Virus record (IMG/VR): IMGVR_UViG_2706794493_000022
DNA length: 7,505 bases
Reading direction: 5' to 3' (one strand)
Source of the DNA: a virus
Lineage: Duplodnaviria > Heunggongvirae > Uroviricota > Caudoviricetes
This document shows, piece by piece, positions 1-6,040 of the stretch (position 1 is the first letter of the stretch; each line of letters begins with the position of its first letter). Below the pieces are notes generated by a model. The model ran no database searches. It was not told where the DNA came from and saw nothing but the letters and a program-made list of their open reading frames with translations. The translations under genes were made by a program, and so were the position numbers.

Positions 1-1
1 A

Positions 2-772
2 TCACTTTTCCGATACAACACGGCGGGAAGAATCAGTAATCTGTCGAACAATATCCCGGTGCTTGTTCAGCTCCCGCAGCGCGGCGCAGACTCGCTCCCA
101 CTTCTGAACATCACTTTTCGCCCTGCGCAGCGCCAGGTTTGCCCTGCGCAGGGACGGAAAAATCAGCTCATCTGCTTGCGTTTCGGTAAACGATGGCAAC
201 GGCTGCACAATGTCCGCCACAGTTTCTGTTTTAATTTCTTCCTGTGTTGCGGCTTCCCGGACTGGTAACGCAGCACCTGCTGGCTGAGGAAAGGCCTTAC
301 CATCATTTTTCGTTACCGGCGCGGCTTTCGGATCTGCTGGTAAATTACCCCCCGACATGCAGTAACGAAATTTACCGTTCTGATTAACGCGTGCCAGCCG
401 CCCCGTTGCGGTTACCACCGCCAGCGTGGAAGCAACCTTGCGAGTACTGACACCGAACTTACCCGCCAGTTCCTCACACGTTTTAGCCCCATCCTGACCG
501 ATAAACTCAATCATCATGTCTGCGGTAACTTTTTGTTCGACCTCCCCGGTCAGCATATCCTGTGCTTCAGATTTTACTGGCCGCTCTTCGGTTACCCGGG
601 ATTCACCTTCGCCAGCCAGAAACCAGGTGTGACCAGTTTTATCAACGACGCCATTTATTTTGAGTTCCCACAGCTCGTTGACAGCCTCTTCACGACTGAT
701 TCCAAGGCGAGCTGCCACCACATGTGAAGAGGCTTTTTTCAGTGCTTTCAGTGCGTCAGATACGGTTTCCAT
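2..772 (-). CDS. Hypothetical phage protein (256 aa), last gene of the minus-strand replication operon in this window
   Basis: Complete ORF with ATG at 772 and stop at 2-4; upstream GGAGGAAA Shine-Dalgarno 6-7 nt before the ATG; 21-nt gap after the DnaC-like gene stop. No recognisable catalytic motif; function not assignable from sequence alone. Confidence 0.7.
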   Translation of the reverse strand: METVSDALKALKKASSHVVAARLGISREEAVNELWELKINGVVDKTGHTWFLAGEGESRVTEERPVKSEAQDMLTGEVEQKVTADMMIEFIGQDGAKTCEELAGKFGVSTRKVASTLAVVTATGRLARVNQNGKFRYCMSGGNLPADPKAAPVTKNDGKAFPQPAGAALPVREAATQEEIKTETVADIVQPLPSFTETQADELIFPSLRRANLALRRAKSDVQKWERVCAALRELNKHRDIVRQITDSSRRVVSEK

Positions 773-793
773 TAAAATTTCCTCCGGACAAAA

Positions 794-1540
794 TTACTTC
801 ACAACCCTCATATTGCTGACATTTGGACGCCAGCTATCCCAGTTAAACGTCACCCATCGACCACCGTTCATGGTCATGCGGTCCATAATCCTCTCACCAA
901 GAAGTGTACTCATTGCGGCATGATTCAGGTTTGTTAACATCCCGACACTGCACAGTGATGCTGTCCGGCGATCAATTATCTGGTGTAATACCACCTGCTC
1001 GTTTTTCGTCTCCCGCTGAACGCCTATTTCATCCAGGACCAGCAAATCAACACTGCAAAGCTCCTGTAAAAATTTTTCCCCGGATTTGCCGTTGTCGTAG
1101 CTGTCATGCAACACGCTCATGACATCAGACACGGTGACGATAATCACGCTGCGCCCCTTCGCCATCAGCCGGTTACCCATCGCCGCTGCAAGGTGATTTT
1201 TCCCGGTGCCGGTTTTACCGCTGAACACAAAATTCGTGCACCCGGTCATCAGTTCGTCAGCTATGGATTTGGCCTGGCTCAGCGCGTATTTTTGCCCGTC
1301 GTTCTGCACCTGATAATTCGCAAACGAGCATTTGCTGTGCAGAGGCTGGATGCCCGAACGATTCAGGATTTTTTCCACCCGCAACTGGTGATTCTGGCGG
1401 TTAATCTCCTCGCTGCGTTTTCGTCCTTCAGCAAGTTGCCATTCCCGCCACTCCTCCACCGTCCGGTACGGTGGAACCGACGCCTGTGGTGCAAGTCTGC
1501 GAATACGTTCAAGAACCCCGGCTGCCGCAATGTTTTTCAT
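794..1540 (-). CDS. DnaC-like replicative helicase loader (AAA+ ATPase), phage P-equivalent
   Basis: 248-aa ORF; Walker A-like GKTGTGKNHLAAAMG and Walker B LLVLDEIG, characteristic of the DnaC/IstB family; size matches DnaC (~245 aa); SD GGGGGTGA upstream of ATG 1540; start lies 6 nt after the stop of the upstream replication gene (translational coupling). Confidence 0.9.
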   Translation of the reverse strand: MKNIAAAGVLERIRRLAPQASVPPYRTVEEWREWQLAEGRKRSEEINRQNHQLRVEKILNRSGIQPLHSKCSFANYQVQNDGQKYALSQAKSIADELMTGCTNFVFSGKTGTGKNHLAAAMGNRLMAKGRSVIIVTVSDVMSVLHDSYDNGKSGEKFLQELCSVDLLVLDEIGVQRETKNEQVVLHQIIDRRTASLCSVGMLTNLNHAAMSTLLGERIMDRMTMNGGRWVTFNWDSWRPNVSNMRVVK

Positions 1541-1546
1541 GCCACA

Positions 1547-2638
1547 TCACCCCCTGAATCCCGGCGGAATTTCGGTATCCGGTTCAGAAATATGATTCAC
1601 ACAACGCTGGTTGTTCGTGCCGCTTACCGGGAGCAACCAGGGGTTTTCAAAATTCCGGTCCGGCCCAAAAAACGTCGTCGCTCGCTGAACAAATTCCGTT
1701 CCCGCTTTCCCGGTCGCCGCCAGGTATCTCGCGTAACGCCTCACACCATCCAGCATGGTCTCTGGTGGCACCCCCTCGCGCAATCTGGCCTTCCAGGCAC
1801 TGAAAGCGGATTTCTTCGGGTTTGCCCCAGCACGCAACGGGTATTCCCGCCAGACCTGTTCGAACACATCCGGATAATCCACTCGTCCCACAGACTGCCC
1901 GGTGCTTTCCGGGACTACCCGATCGGCTTCCCGCTGAATGGCGGAATCGGCTTCAGGCTGCTGCAGTTGGTGTGATTGCTCCGACCCTGCGGTCATCACC
2001 TGCTGCACAGCGCCCGAATCGGCTTCCGGTGTCGTGCCTGCTGGCTGACCAGGATTGACGGTCTGAACATCCCCTGCCTGGTTCGTGGTGTTTTTTTTGC
2101 CATGAACCATAGTGTTTTTGTCCTGTTCCTGTTCTTTCTCCTGCTCCTGTTCCTGTTCTTGGCTTCGAAGCCCCTTAAAAGCCCCTTCGAAGCCCCTTAC
2201 CGAATTTCGGCTATTATTCCGCCTCACATCCAGATGGAAATCCGTTTTATATCTGTCGTAAAACACTGACAGAAAAGCGTTTTCAGGTAATGATGCATAC
2301 TCATTCCTGACACCTGCACAACGGTTATCGCCAGGCTTCAACGTTTCCCCAACCTGCCAGGCTGCCATTTCATGGACCCAGACCATCTCTGCATCATGGT
2401 CATAGCTACAAAAACCAGCTTCAACAGCCCTTTTAAGCCCCTTTGAAGCCCCTTCCAGACCAAGCCCGGTTTCATGAGCAAGGTATAAAACTGGCAGGTA
2501 ATACAAACCCAGCATATTTGCGTGAGGGGATGTCATCAGGTAAAAAGCAACAACTTGCGCTTCTGCACCCGCCTTTCTAAGTTCTCTCCCCGTTTCTCCC
2601 AGCCAGAATCGCGGAGAAACTTTTGCGTAATCACGCAT
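1547..2638 (-). CDS. Phage replication initiation protein (O-like replisome organiser) with Q/E-rich linker
   Basis: Long ORF immediately upstream of and coupled to the DnaC-like gene. Preferred start is ATG at 2638 (MRDYAKVSPRFWLG..., SD GAGGT 4 nt upstream) giving 363 aa; the ORF track's 2749 ATG has no SD. Contains a QEQEQEQEKEQEQ linker and internal direct DNA repeats. Family assignment is by gene context and architecture, not by a search. Confidence 0.75.
   Translation of the reverse strand: MRDYAKVSPRFWLGETGRELRKAGAEAQVVAFYLMTSPHANMLGLYYLPVLYLAHETGLGLEGASKGLKRAVEAGFCSYDHDAEMVWVHEMAAWQVGETLKPGDNRCAGVRNEYASLPENAFLSVFYDRYKTDFHLDVRRNNSRNSVRGFEGAFKGLRSQEQEQEQEKEQEQDKNTMVHGKKNTTNQAGDVQTVNPGQPAGTTPEADSGAVQQVMTAGSEQSHQLQQPEADSAIQREADRVVPESTGQSVGRVDYPDVFEQVWREYPLRAGANPKKSAFSAWKARLREGVPPETMLDGVRRYARYLAATGKAGTEFVQRATTFFGPDRNFENPWLLPVSGTNNQRCVNHISEPDTEIPPGFRG
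2121..2158. repeat. Imperfect hexanucleotide tandem repeat (TCCTGT-like units) encoding the Q/E-rich linker of the replication protein
   Basis: Seen directly: tcctgt tcctgt tctttc tcctgc tcctgt tcctgt; reverse complement encodes QEQEQEQEKEQEQ in frame. Confidence 0.8.
2167..2199. repeat. Three direct 11-bp repeats (consensus GAAGCCCCTT + 1), iteron-like, inside the replication gene
   Basis: gaagcccctta / aaagccccttc / gaagcccctta at 2167, 2178 and 2189, an exact 11-bp phase; flanked by the CTTCGAAG palindrome. Confidence 0.45.
2423..2455. repeat. Second cluster of three 11-bp direct repeats (AAGCCCCTT-like), iteron-like
   Basis: aacagcccttt / taagccccttt / gaagccccttc at 2423, 2434 and 2445, same 11-bp phase and core as the 2167-2199 cluster, about 256 bp away. 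Confidence 0.4.
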
Positions 2639-2672
2639 GGCTACCTCATCTGGTGCCGAACCTTCCTCCGGA

Positions 2673-2678
2673 TATAAT
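2673..2678 (+). promoter_or_regulatory. Candidate -10 hexamer (perfect TATAAT) of an antisense promoter between the replication gene and the upstream ORF
   Basis: TATAAT at 2673-2678, followed about 26 nt later by GAGGAGG (2704-2710) and ATG 2717. No good -35 seen. Confidence 0.35.
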
Positions 2679-2716
2679 CTGTGGTTCCCAATCGACAGAA
2701 CCAGAGGAGGTTCGAC

Positions 2717-3172
2717 ATGTATTTTTTGAAAAGCCTTTATCAGGCTCATGTATTAAATGTTGCAGCAACAAACCGCTGGTGTAACAGCCCCGAAATGCTC
2801 CCGGATTACAGAGCCTGGCTGCGCGCCGAAACATACCTTCGTCTCGACATATTGATTAGCGAACTTCAAAAAGAGACTGCATCCATTCATAACCTTCAGG
2901 GTATCGACGCTGTTCGCATTCTGGTATCGCGCCATAGTGCTCTCTCAATAATTGAAGTGCGTCATCTCTCTTTTTCTGAACTGATTTTCTTGCTTCAACC
3001 AGCTCTGGAATCAGCGAATATCCCGCCGGAAGTGATCCAATACCCACCTCATGTTGACGAGCAGTTACAAGATGTGCCATACAACCAGCGTGCTGGATTG
3101 ACTCCCTGCTCAGAGGCTGAATGGGATCACTCTCTGCTGAAGAAATACCAAGATTTGTATAATCCTCAATAA
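2717..3172 (+). CDS. Hypothetical 151-aa protein, antisense to the lytic operon (alternative to the minus-strand ORF 2856-3365)
   Basis: ORF with strong SD GAGGAGG 6 nt before ATG 2717 and a perfect TATAAT about 38 nt upstream. Overlaps the minus-strand ORF on the opposite strand, so both are unlikely to be real. Confidence 0.4.
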   Translation: MYFLKSLYQAHVLNVAATNRWCNSPEMLPDYRAWLRAETYLRLDILISELQKETASIHNLQGIDAVRILVSRHSALSIIEVRHLSFSELIFLLQPALESANIPPEVIQYPPHVDEQLQDVPYNQRAGLTPCSEAEWDHSLLKKYQDLYNPQ

Positions 3173-3365
3173 GCCCGGCACACGCTTCTGCATCAGCCAG
3201 CTTTATTCTGGTTTCCTTGCGCTGTTCTCTGGCTGACAAACGCCAGAGCAGCGCATTAGCTTTATGTATCAACCACTCTGCCAGCTCCACATCAGATAAA
3301 CCGCCACGCCAGATGTGCGGACTGTTTTCGTAAACGCTCAGTGTCAATTTTTTGTCATTACTCAT
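2856..3365 (-). CDS. Hypothetical 169-aa protein between the ydaT-like and replication genes (alternative to the plus-strand ORF 2717-3172)
   Basis: ATG at 3365 lies 13 nt after the ydaT-like stop, fitting the operon; SD is weak (GGGT). The ORF track's 3416 start is a GTG with no SD. Helical, acidic-looking sequence. Confidence 0.45.
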   Translation of the reverse strand: MSNDKKLTLSVYENSPHIWRGGLSDVELAEWLIHKANALLWRLSAREQRKETRIKLADAEACAGLIEDYTNLGISSAESDPIQPLSRESIQHAGCMAHLVTARQHEVGIGSLPAGYSLIPELVEARKSVQKKRDDALQLLREHYGAIPECEQRRYPEGYEWMQSLFEVR

Positions 3366-3378
3366 ATTTATTACCCAA

Positions 3379-3804
3379 TTAATGCACAGCCAGAGTGTTT
3401 CCTGCCGGGCCACCACGATTCATCTGATCGAACAGAACGATCGCTGATGCAACGAAATCATCAATATCTTTCACCAGCCGTTCCTTCGTCTCTACCAACT
3501 CCCGAAAATAAGCGGAACTGTGGCTGCGCATTCGGGCCACCAGCGGAGGCGGCATCGCTTTTTCGATCGCTGGTAACAACGCCTGAATTTTTTTAACCGC
3601 ATCAGGAGTGTCTTTCTCCACCCAGCGGAAAATTTTCTGAGTATTGCGAGCCATGGCTTCCGGATGGCTGTCGTCATACAGTTCCGGGAACGTCATTCCC
3701 AGCTCGAAATACGCTTTGGTAATTTTCGCAGCCGGTACTTTTTCGCCGTCCGGATGCGCCCAGGCATTCATCGCCATGCGGATGTGTTCATGCTTGATTT
3801 TCAT
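3379..3804 (-). CDS. ydaT: YdaT-like protein (CII-analogue regulator)
   Basis: 141-aa ORF starting MKIKHEHI and ending ...VH, immediately downstream of and overlapping the Cro-like gene by 17 nt; SD GGAG 7 nt upstream of ATG 3804. Symbol given from recalled similarity to Rac/CP-933P YdaT, not from a search. Confidence 0.75.
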   Translation of the reverse strand: MKIKHEHIRMAMNAWAHPDGEKVPAAKITKAYFELGMTFPELYDDSHPEAMARNTQKIFRWVEKDTPDAVKKIQALLPAIEKAMPPPLVARMRSHSSAYFRELVETKERLVKDIDDFVASAIVLFDQMNRGGPAGNTLAVH

Positions 3805-4060
3805 GAATCAACTCCGGCGCATTTGATGTGTTAACCTTACATCCAACAGGTAAACCGTCGGTTGGGTTAGGATAAATATCTGGGCGGATTTCATGCGGGG
3901 TAACTTCCCACTTCATTAGTTGGCATAACGGAATTACCTGCTTTGGGGGAACGCCAAAGCTAAACCATTGCCAAACAGTCTGTTGAGCGACCCCCATATA
4001 ACGACCTATTTCAGCCTGAGTGTATTTCTGCCTAATTTTTTCGCGAGTGCTATCTAGCAT
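3788..4060 (-). CDS. ydaS: Cro-like HTH DNA-binding protein (YdaS-like), first gene of the minus-strand early operon
   Basis: 90-aa ORF with helix-turn-helix segment QAEIGRYMGVAQQTVWQW; strong SD GAGGAGGG 5-6 nt upstream of ATG 4060; divergent from the repressor gene. Confidence 0.85.
   Translation of the reverse strand: MLDSTREKIRQKYTQAEIGRYMGVAQQTVWQWFSFGVPPKQVIPLCQLMKWEVTPHEIRPDIYPNPTDGLPVGCKVNTSNAPELIHENQA
3794..3811. promoter_or_regulatory. Perfect inverted repeat TTGATT-N6-AATCAA spanning the ydaT-like start codon
   Basis: Seen directly: ttgatt ttcatg aatcaa. A 6+6 palindrome of this kind is expected about once by chance in 7.5 kb, so weak on its own. Confidence 0.3.
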
Positions 4061-4093
4061 TTTGCCCTCCTCTAAAAACTATAAGCAAAGCCT

Positions 4094-4132
4094 ACAATAA
4101 AAAACTGTATGCAATCAACAGTTTTTTATTGT
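4094..4132. promoter_or_regulatory. Operator-like inverted repeat (15-bp arms, 9-bp spacer) in the divergent promoter region
   Basis: ACAATAAAAAACTGT atgcaatca ACAGTTTTTTATTGT, perfect arms, 34-72 nt upstream of the Cro-like start and 37-75 nt upstream of the repressor start. Confidence 0.65.
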
Positions 4133-4156
4133 GATGCTTTTAACAGTATTTACCTG

Positions 4157-4162
4157 TAAAAT
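4157..4162 (+). promoter_or_regulatory. Candidate -10 (TAAAAT) for a leaderless repressor transcript
   Basis: TAAAAT ends 6 nt before ATG 4169, which has no SD; resembles the leaderless cI message from lambda PRM. No good -35. Confidence 0.3.
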
Positions 4163-4168
4163 TGAATA

Positions 4169-4570
4169 ATGATGAGCGCCCTAGAAGTATCTATGTACAG
4201 AATCAGCAAGCTTCTTCAGGAAACTGGATGGAGCCAGGCTGAGCTTGCCCGTAGAATTGGTGTGACACAACAAACTGTTCAACAATGGGTCAGCGGTAAG
4301 GCTACACCTAAAGCCTCAAGTTTGGATAAACTGGTTGAGGTTTCAGGGCATCCATTGCATTGGTTTTTATTGCCTCCTGAAGAGTGTGAGCAAATTTTCA
4401 CCCCTGACACGATGAAAATTGGTCCTCGCCAACGCGAACTGCTCCAAGCTTTTAGTGCGTTTCCTGAGGAAGACCAAGAAAAAATGCTTCAAGAAATCAA
4501 AGACAAGAAAAAATCAATGGAAGAAACCATTGCTAGGTGGCTGGCGGCACAAAAAAGCCGCCGGGCGTGA
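4169..4570 (+). CDS. paaR: Prophage repressor / TA regulator, XRE-family HTH (DicA/PaaR-like)
   Basis: 133-aa ORF with N-terminal HTH (SQAELARRIGVTQQTVQQW) and C-terminal ELLQAFSAFPEEDQ segment resembling DicA; divergent from the Cro-like gene; directly upstream of the antitoxin/toxin pair. True start may be the internal ATG at 4193; no SD at either. Confidence 0.75.
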   Translation: MMSALEVSMYRISKLLQETGWSQAELARRIGVTQQTVQQWVSGKATPKASSLDKLVEVSGHPLHWFLLPPEECEQIFTPDTMKIGPRQRELLQAFSAFPEEDQEKMLQEIKDKKKSMEETIARWLAAQKSRRA

Positions 4571-4597
4571 CCACAGTACAAGAAGAGGAGTTATGCC

Positions 4598-4789
4598 ATG
4601 GGTACAGCCCTTTCTCCGATAGTTTCAGAATTCGAAACTACCGAACAAGAAAACAGTTACAACGAATGGTTGCGCACTAAAGTAACGTCAAGCCTTGCAG
4701 ACACTCGCCCCGCAATTCCACATGACGAGGTAATGGCTGAAATGGAAAATCTTATTGCTCAAATTGCTGTAACTAACAAGAGCGAGTAA
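4598..4789 (+). CDS. paaA: Small antitoxin of a three-gene ParE-type TA module (PaaA-like, 63 aa)
   Basis: 63-aa acidic ORF; SD GAGGAG 7 nt upstream of ATG 4598; stop overlaps the ParE start (TAATG). The 63-aa size matches PaaA2 of E. coli O157:H7 as recalled. Confidence 0.7.
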   Translation: MGTALSPIVSEFETTEQENSYNEWLRTKVTSSLADTRPAIPHDEVMAEMENLIAQIAVTNKSE

Positions 4790-5076
4790 TGTTACCCATT
4801 TTATGGCTACCGTCTGCTCGCGATGATTTGCGCCAGATCATAACTTACATCGCCAAGGAGAACCCACCGGCAGCACGTAGACTAAAAATACGCATTGAAA
4901 CATCGGTATTACCTCTATCTGAGCATCCGTACTTATATCCACCAAGCGAACGGGTTTCTGGATTGAGAGAGATCGTGACCCACCCTAACTACATAATCCT
5001 GTACAGAGTAGCTGCTTCAAGCATTGAGATTGTAAGCGTGACACATTCTCGGCGACAATTTCCCTTCTCTATCTGA
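4789..5076 (+). CDS. parE: ParE/RelE-superfamily toxin (ParE-like, 95 aa)
   Basis: Typical ParE pattern (W...A..DL..I..YIA..NP.AA ... GLREI ... YIILYRV ... IEIVSVTHSRR); translationally coupled to the antitoxin by a 1-nt overlap. Confidence 0.85.
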   Translation: MLPILWLPSARDDLRQIITYIAKENPPAARRLKIRIETSVLPLSEHPYLYPPSERVSGLREIVTHPNYIILYRVAASSIEIVSVTHSRRQFPFSI

Positions 5077-5094
5077 GTTGAACAATTTTCATAC

Positions 5095-5117
5095 TCCCTC
5101 TTTCGAGGGATTTTTTT
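5095..5117 (+). terminator. Intrinsic terminator after the ParE gene
   Basis: Hairpin tccctc-tttc-gaggga (6-bp stem, 4-nt loop) followed by T7 (5111-5117), 19 nt after the ParE stop. Confidence 0.6.
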
Positions 5118-5127
5118 GCCCAAAACA

Positions 5128-5167
5128 ACAATTAAAAACTGTTGACACAAAAACAGTTTTTAATTGT
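5128..5167. promoter_or_regulatory. Second operator-like inverted repeat (16-bp arms, 8-bp spacer), near-identical half-site to 4094-4132
   Basis: ACAATTAAAAACTGTT gacacaaa AACAGTTTTTAATTGT; half-site matches the first operator at 14 of 15 positions; overlaps the candidate promoter. Confidence 0.65.
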
Positions 5168-5172
5168 AGATT
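5142..5172 (+). promoter_or_regulatory. Candidate sigma70 promoter of the dicB-type operon (-35 TTGACA, -10 TAGATT, 19-bp spacer)
   Basis: Perfect TTGACA at 5142-5147 inside the operator; TAGATT at 5167-5172. The spacer is longer than optimal, so the -10 choice is uncertain. Confidence 0.4.
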
Positions 5173-5353
5173 ACATACACCAACCACCCACCCCGCCCCA
5201 CAGAACGCCGGGCAATACTTCGAGTTACCAAGCAGTGGTCAGGGGGTAAGTAGCCAGCCCGAGGCGTATGAACATGACGGCAGGGTTCAACTTTAATAAC
5301 TATGCAGCAGGTTTTTGTTCCGCTACCCGGCGTTAAGGGGAAATGAGGTCAAC

Positions 5354-5509
5354 ATGGATACTATCGATCTTGGCAACAACGAATCTCTGGTGTACGGCGT
5401 GTTTCCCAACCAGGACGGTACATTCACCGCGATGACGTATACCAAAAGCAAAACGTTTAAAACCGAAAATGGTGCCCGTCGCTGGCTGGAAAGAAACTCA
5501 GGTGAGTGA
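5354..5509 (+). CDS. ydfA: Small YdfA/YdaF-like protein (DUF1391-type, 51 aa)
   Basis: ATG at 5354 with SD GAGGT 4 nt upstream (the ORF track's 5315 start is TTG with no SD); 51-aa product MDTIDLGNNESLVYG...; first gene after the promoter, as in the Qin dicB operon. Confidence 0.7.
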   Translation: MDTIDLGNNESLVYGVFPNQDGTFTAMTYTKSKTFKTENGARRWLERNSGE

Positions 5510-5510
5510 T

Positions 5511-5639
5511 ATGGATTTCGACACAATCATGGAAAAGGCTTACGAAGAATACTTCGAAGGCCTTGCCGAAGGCGAGGAAGCTCTCAGCTTCAGTGAGTTT
5601 AAACAGGCGCTTTCCAGTTCGGCAAAATCTAACGACTAA
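5511..5639 (+). CDS. ydfB: Small acidic YdfB/YdaG-like protein (42 aa)
   Basis: Not in the ORF track (under 60 aa); found by reading: ATG 5511 one nt after the upstream stop, SD AGGTGA 5 nt upstream; MDFDTIMEKAYEEYFEGLAEGEEALSFSEFKQALSSSAKSND. Confidence 0.65.
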   Translation: MDFDTIMEKAYEEYFEGLAEGEEALSFSEFKQALSSSAKSND

Positions 5640-5650
5640 CGGAGTTAAAG

Positions 5651-6040
5651 ATGGAATTTAAAGATTTACTAAAAGAAATCCAGGAAATTGCAGCACATGC
5701 ACTTCACCAACGTCTGAACGAAGTTGAATTAGAATCTGCAACGAAGAAATACATTGATAATATGGCTCGTAATGTGCGCGATGCGTTTACCGGATTGTAC
5801 TCTGTTTCGGTAACAAACAACCAGAATACTGAAGAAACTGCAAAGCGGATTGCCTCGGTGATGGGTTTTCATGTCGAGGAAAAGTATTCAAAAAAAGAAT
5901 TCTGGAAAACTACAAAAAAATTGCAGAGCGAGAACTGTCATCTCCTGCGGCAATCGCTTCTTTCTATGAGGAAAGTTATTCAGATGACACAGGATTACCG
6001 GAACTGCTCTCATTACTTGAAAAATTCGGAATTATCATGA
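5651..6040 (+). CDS. Hypothetical protein, 0-frame ORF whose C-terminal third looks out of frame (frameshifted gene)
   Basis: ATG 5651 with SD GGAG 6 nt upstream; the N-terminal ~82 aa look protein-like, but after the A7 tract (5890-5896) the 0-frame gives low-plausibility sequence while the -1 frame stays open and protein-like to 6189. Confidence 0.55.
   Translation: MEFKDLLKEIQEIAAHALHQRLNEVELESATKKYIDNMARNVRDAFTGLYSVSVTNNQNTEETAKRIASVMGFHVEEKYSKKEFWKTTKKLQSENCHLLRQSLLSMRKVIQMTQDYRNCSHYLKNSELS

Noticed and set aside
1106-1975. 289-aa plus-strand ORF spanning the DnaC-like and replication genes
   Set aside because: Antisense to two well-supported genes; R/H/P-rich composition typical of an antisense shadow frame; no RBS noted.
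2639-2749. Extended start for the replication gene (ATG at 2749, 400 aa) and other ORF-track starts (TTG 5315, GTG 3416, GTG 6484)
   Set aside because: These upstream starts lack Shine-Dalgarno sequences or are non-ATG; internal ATGs with good SDs (2638, 5354, 3365, 6412) are preferred.
4094-4132. LexA (SOS) box resemblance of the operator (CTG...CAG)
   Set aside because: Spacing is CTG-N11-CAG here and CTG-N12-CAG at the second site, not the CTG-N10-CAG of LexA boxes, and the flanks differ; better explained as a phage repressor operator.
4419-4622. 67-aa K-rich plus-strand ORF
   Set aside because: Overlaps the repressor gene in another frame and runs into the antitoxin RBS; low-complexity lysine-rich translation of an A-rich coding region.
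5078-5296. 72-aa plus-strand ORF after the ParE gene
   Set aside because: It runs through the intrinsic terminator, the operator palindrome and the promoter; P/T-rich translation of a regulatory region, no RBS.
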